A DNA stretch of 64,000 nt from an uncultured Chlorobiaceae bacterium (lineage in GTDB: Bacteria > Bacteroidota > Ignavibacteria > UBA10030 > SZUA-254). The stretch is taken from NCBI GenBank assembly GCA_964596065.1, contig CAZQSM010000002.1, positions 10,361-74,360 on the forward strand, in the 5' to 3' direction. The position numbers and the translations under genes were made by a program. This document shows, piece after piece, positions 63,342 through 64,000 of this stretch. The notes under the pieces are model-generated. The model worked only from the letters and a program-made list of their open reading frames with translations, did not search any database and was not told where the DNA came from. Each line of letters begins with the position of its first letter. Within the stretch, counting starts at the first letter, position 1.

Positions 63342-64000
63342 ATGAAGGACCTGAAAGGGCTCTCCGAGGCCGAGCTCGAGGAGTTTGCCGTTTCCCTTGG
63401 CGAAAAGCCGTTCCGGGGCAGGCAGATCTTCGAATGGCTCTACCACAGGGGGGCCTCGACGTTTACGGAGATGGTCAACATCCCCGCGGCACTCCGGCGG
63501 CGGCTCGGGTCCGAAGCGCGCATCGGCGCGATCACCCTGGCCGGCACGCGGCGCTCAGGGACCGACGGGACCACCAAGCTGCTCTTCGAACTCCACGACG
63601 GAAGGAAGATCGAGAGCGTCCTCATTCCCCCGCGGACGACGTTCCGCGACGGGGAGGAGGAGGCCGCCGGGGAGGAATCGGCGGCCGGAGCGCCGGCGGC
63701 CGTGGAGCGCCTCACCCTCTGCGTCTCAACGCAGGTCGGCTGCCCGCTCGACTGCGTCTTCTGCGCGACGGCGACGATGGGCTTCCACCGCAACCTGACG
63801 GCGGGCGAAATCGTCGACCAGGTGATGTCCGCCTCCCGGCTCGCCGGGCGGCCGATCACCAACCTCGTCTACATGGGGATGGGGGAACCGTTCCTGAATT
63901 ACGACGAAGTGATGAAGTCCGCGGAGATCATCTCCACGGGCCTCAAGATCACGGCCCGGCGGATCACCATCTCGACGGCCGGCTGGGTCCCCGGGATCAG
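63342..64000 (+). CDS. rlmN: 23S rRNA (adenine2503-C2)-methyltransferase RlmN, N-terminal part (runs off the 3' edge)
   Basis: Own translation from ATG 63342 gives MKDLKGLSEAELEEFAVSLGEKPFRGRQIFEWLYHRGA ... CVSTQVGCPLDCVFCATATMGF, i.e. the RlmN N-terminal domain and CxxxCxxC radical-SAM cluster. Not in the ORF track because no stop is reached. Confidence 0.8.
   Translation, partial: MKDLKGLSEAELEEFAVSLGEKPFRGRQIFEWLYHRGASTFTEMVNIPAALRRRLGSEARIGAITLAGTRRSGTDGTTKLLFELHDGRKIESVLIPPRTTFRDGEEEAAGEESAAGAPAAVERLTLCVSTQVGCPLDCVFCATATMGFHRNLTAGEIVDQVMSASRLAGRPITNLVYMGMGEPFLNYDEVMKSAEIISTGLKITARRITISTAGWVPGI

Noticed and set aside
1-64000. Search for tRNA, rRNA, integrase, transposase, phage or plasmid signatures.
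   Set aside because: None recognised. Intergenic spaces are short, and no cloverleaf-like or IS-like inverted-repeat structures were seen. A tRNA scan by software is still advisable.

Overview
High-GC (~68-70% GC) bacterial chromosomal segment. It is densely packed: about 70 CDS, almost all on the + strand, with frequent overlapping stop/start codons and GTG/TTG initiation. I could not detect any rRNA, tRNA, CRISPR array, transposase or integrase by eye. Several features suggest an FCB-group (Bacteroidota-like, Rhodothermota-like or Gemmatimonadota-like) organism, possibly a metagenome-assembled genome: a type-IX-secretion C-terminal sorting domain at 42153-42869, a fused MoaC-MoaB protein, an AraC regulator with an HMA-like copper-binding domain, and a paired active plus inactive M16 peptidase.

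Gene content, 5' to 3':
- A block of small detoxification-type genes (VOC/glyoxalase, DUF1801, MOSC, methyltransferases, cupin, hemerythrin, isochorismatase).
- A secreted CocE/NonD hydrolase fused to a histidine phosphatase.
- mgtE.
- A copper homeostasis neighbourhood: AraC-HMA regulator, copZ, copA, and an HMBD-DUF442 fusion protein.
- hemN.
- A 757-aa coiled-coil protein with a C-terminal receiver domain.
- A PD40-repeat secreted protein.
- kynU with an amidohydrolase.
- A complete molybdenum-cofactor operon, moeA-moaD-moaE-moaA-moaC/B.
- rmuC and tsaC.
- A class-III nucleotidyl-cyclase-like protein.
- A standalone 1100-aa AddB-like PD-(D/E)XK nuclease.
- pfkA and aat.
- purC, two M16 peptidases, and the start of rlmN.

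The most unusual region is 51.3-59.0 kb, a contiguous same-strand cassette:
- A STAS / RsbW-like kinase / STAS partner-switching module.
- An ECF sigma factor.
- A single-pass anti-sigma factor whose extracytoplasmic domain is 21 near-perfect 12-residue tandem repeats (ARTADVQKLAEI) punctuated by four AD(Y/F)YRT hexamers.
- A strong intrinsic terminator.
- A 994-aa secreted HExxH-containing beta-propeller protein with a barrel-like C-terminal region.
- A PrsW-family intramembrane protease (the class that performs site-1 cleavage of anti-sigma RsiW in Bacillus).
- A SnoaL-like lipoprotein.

This looks like a previously undescribed multilayer envelope-signalling system. All calls rest on reading the translations; no database search was possible.
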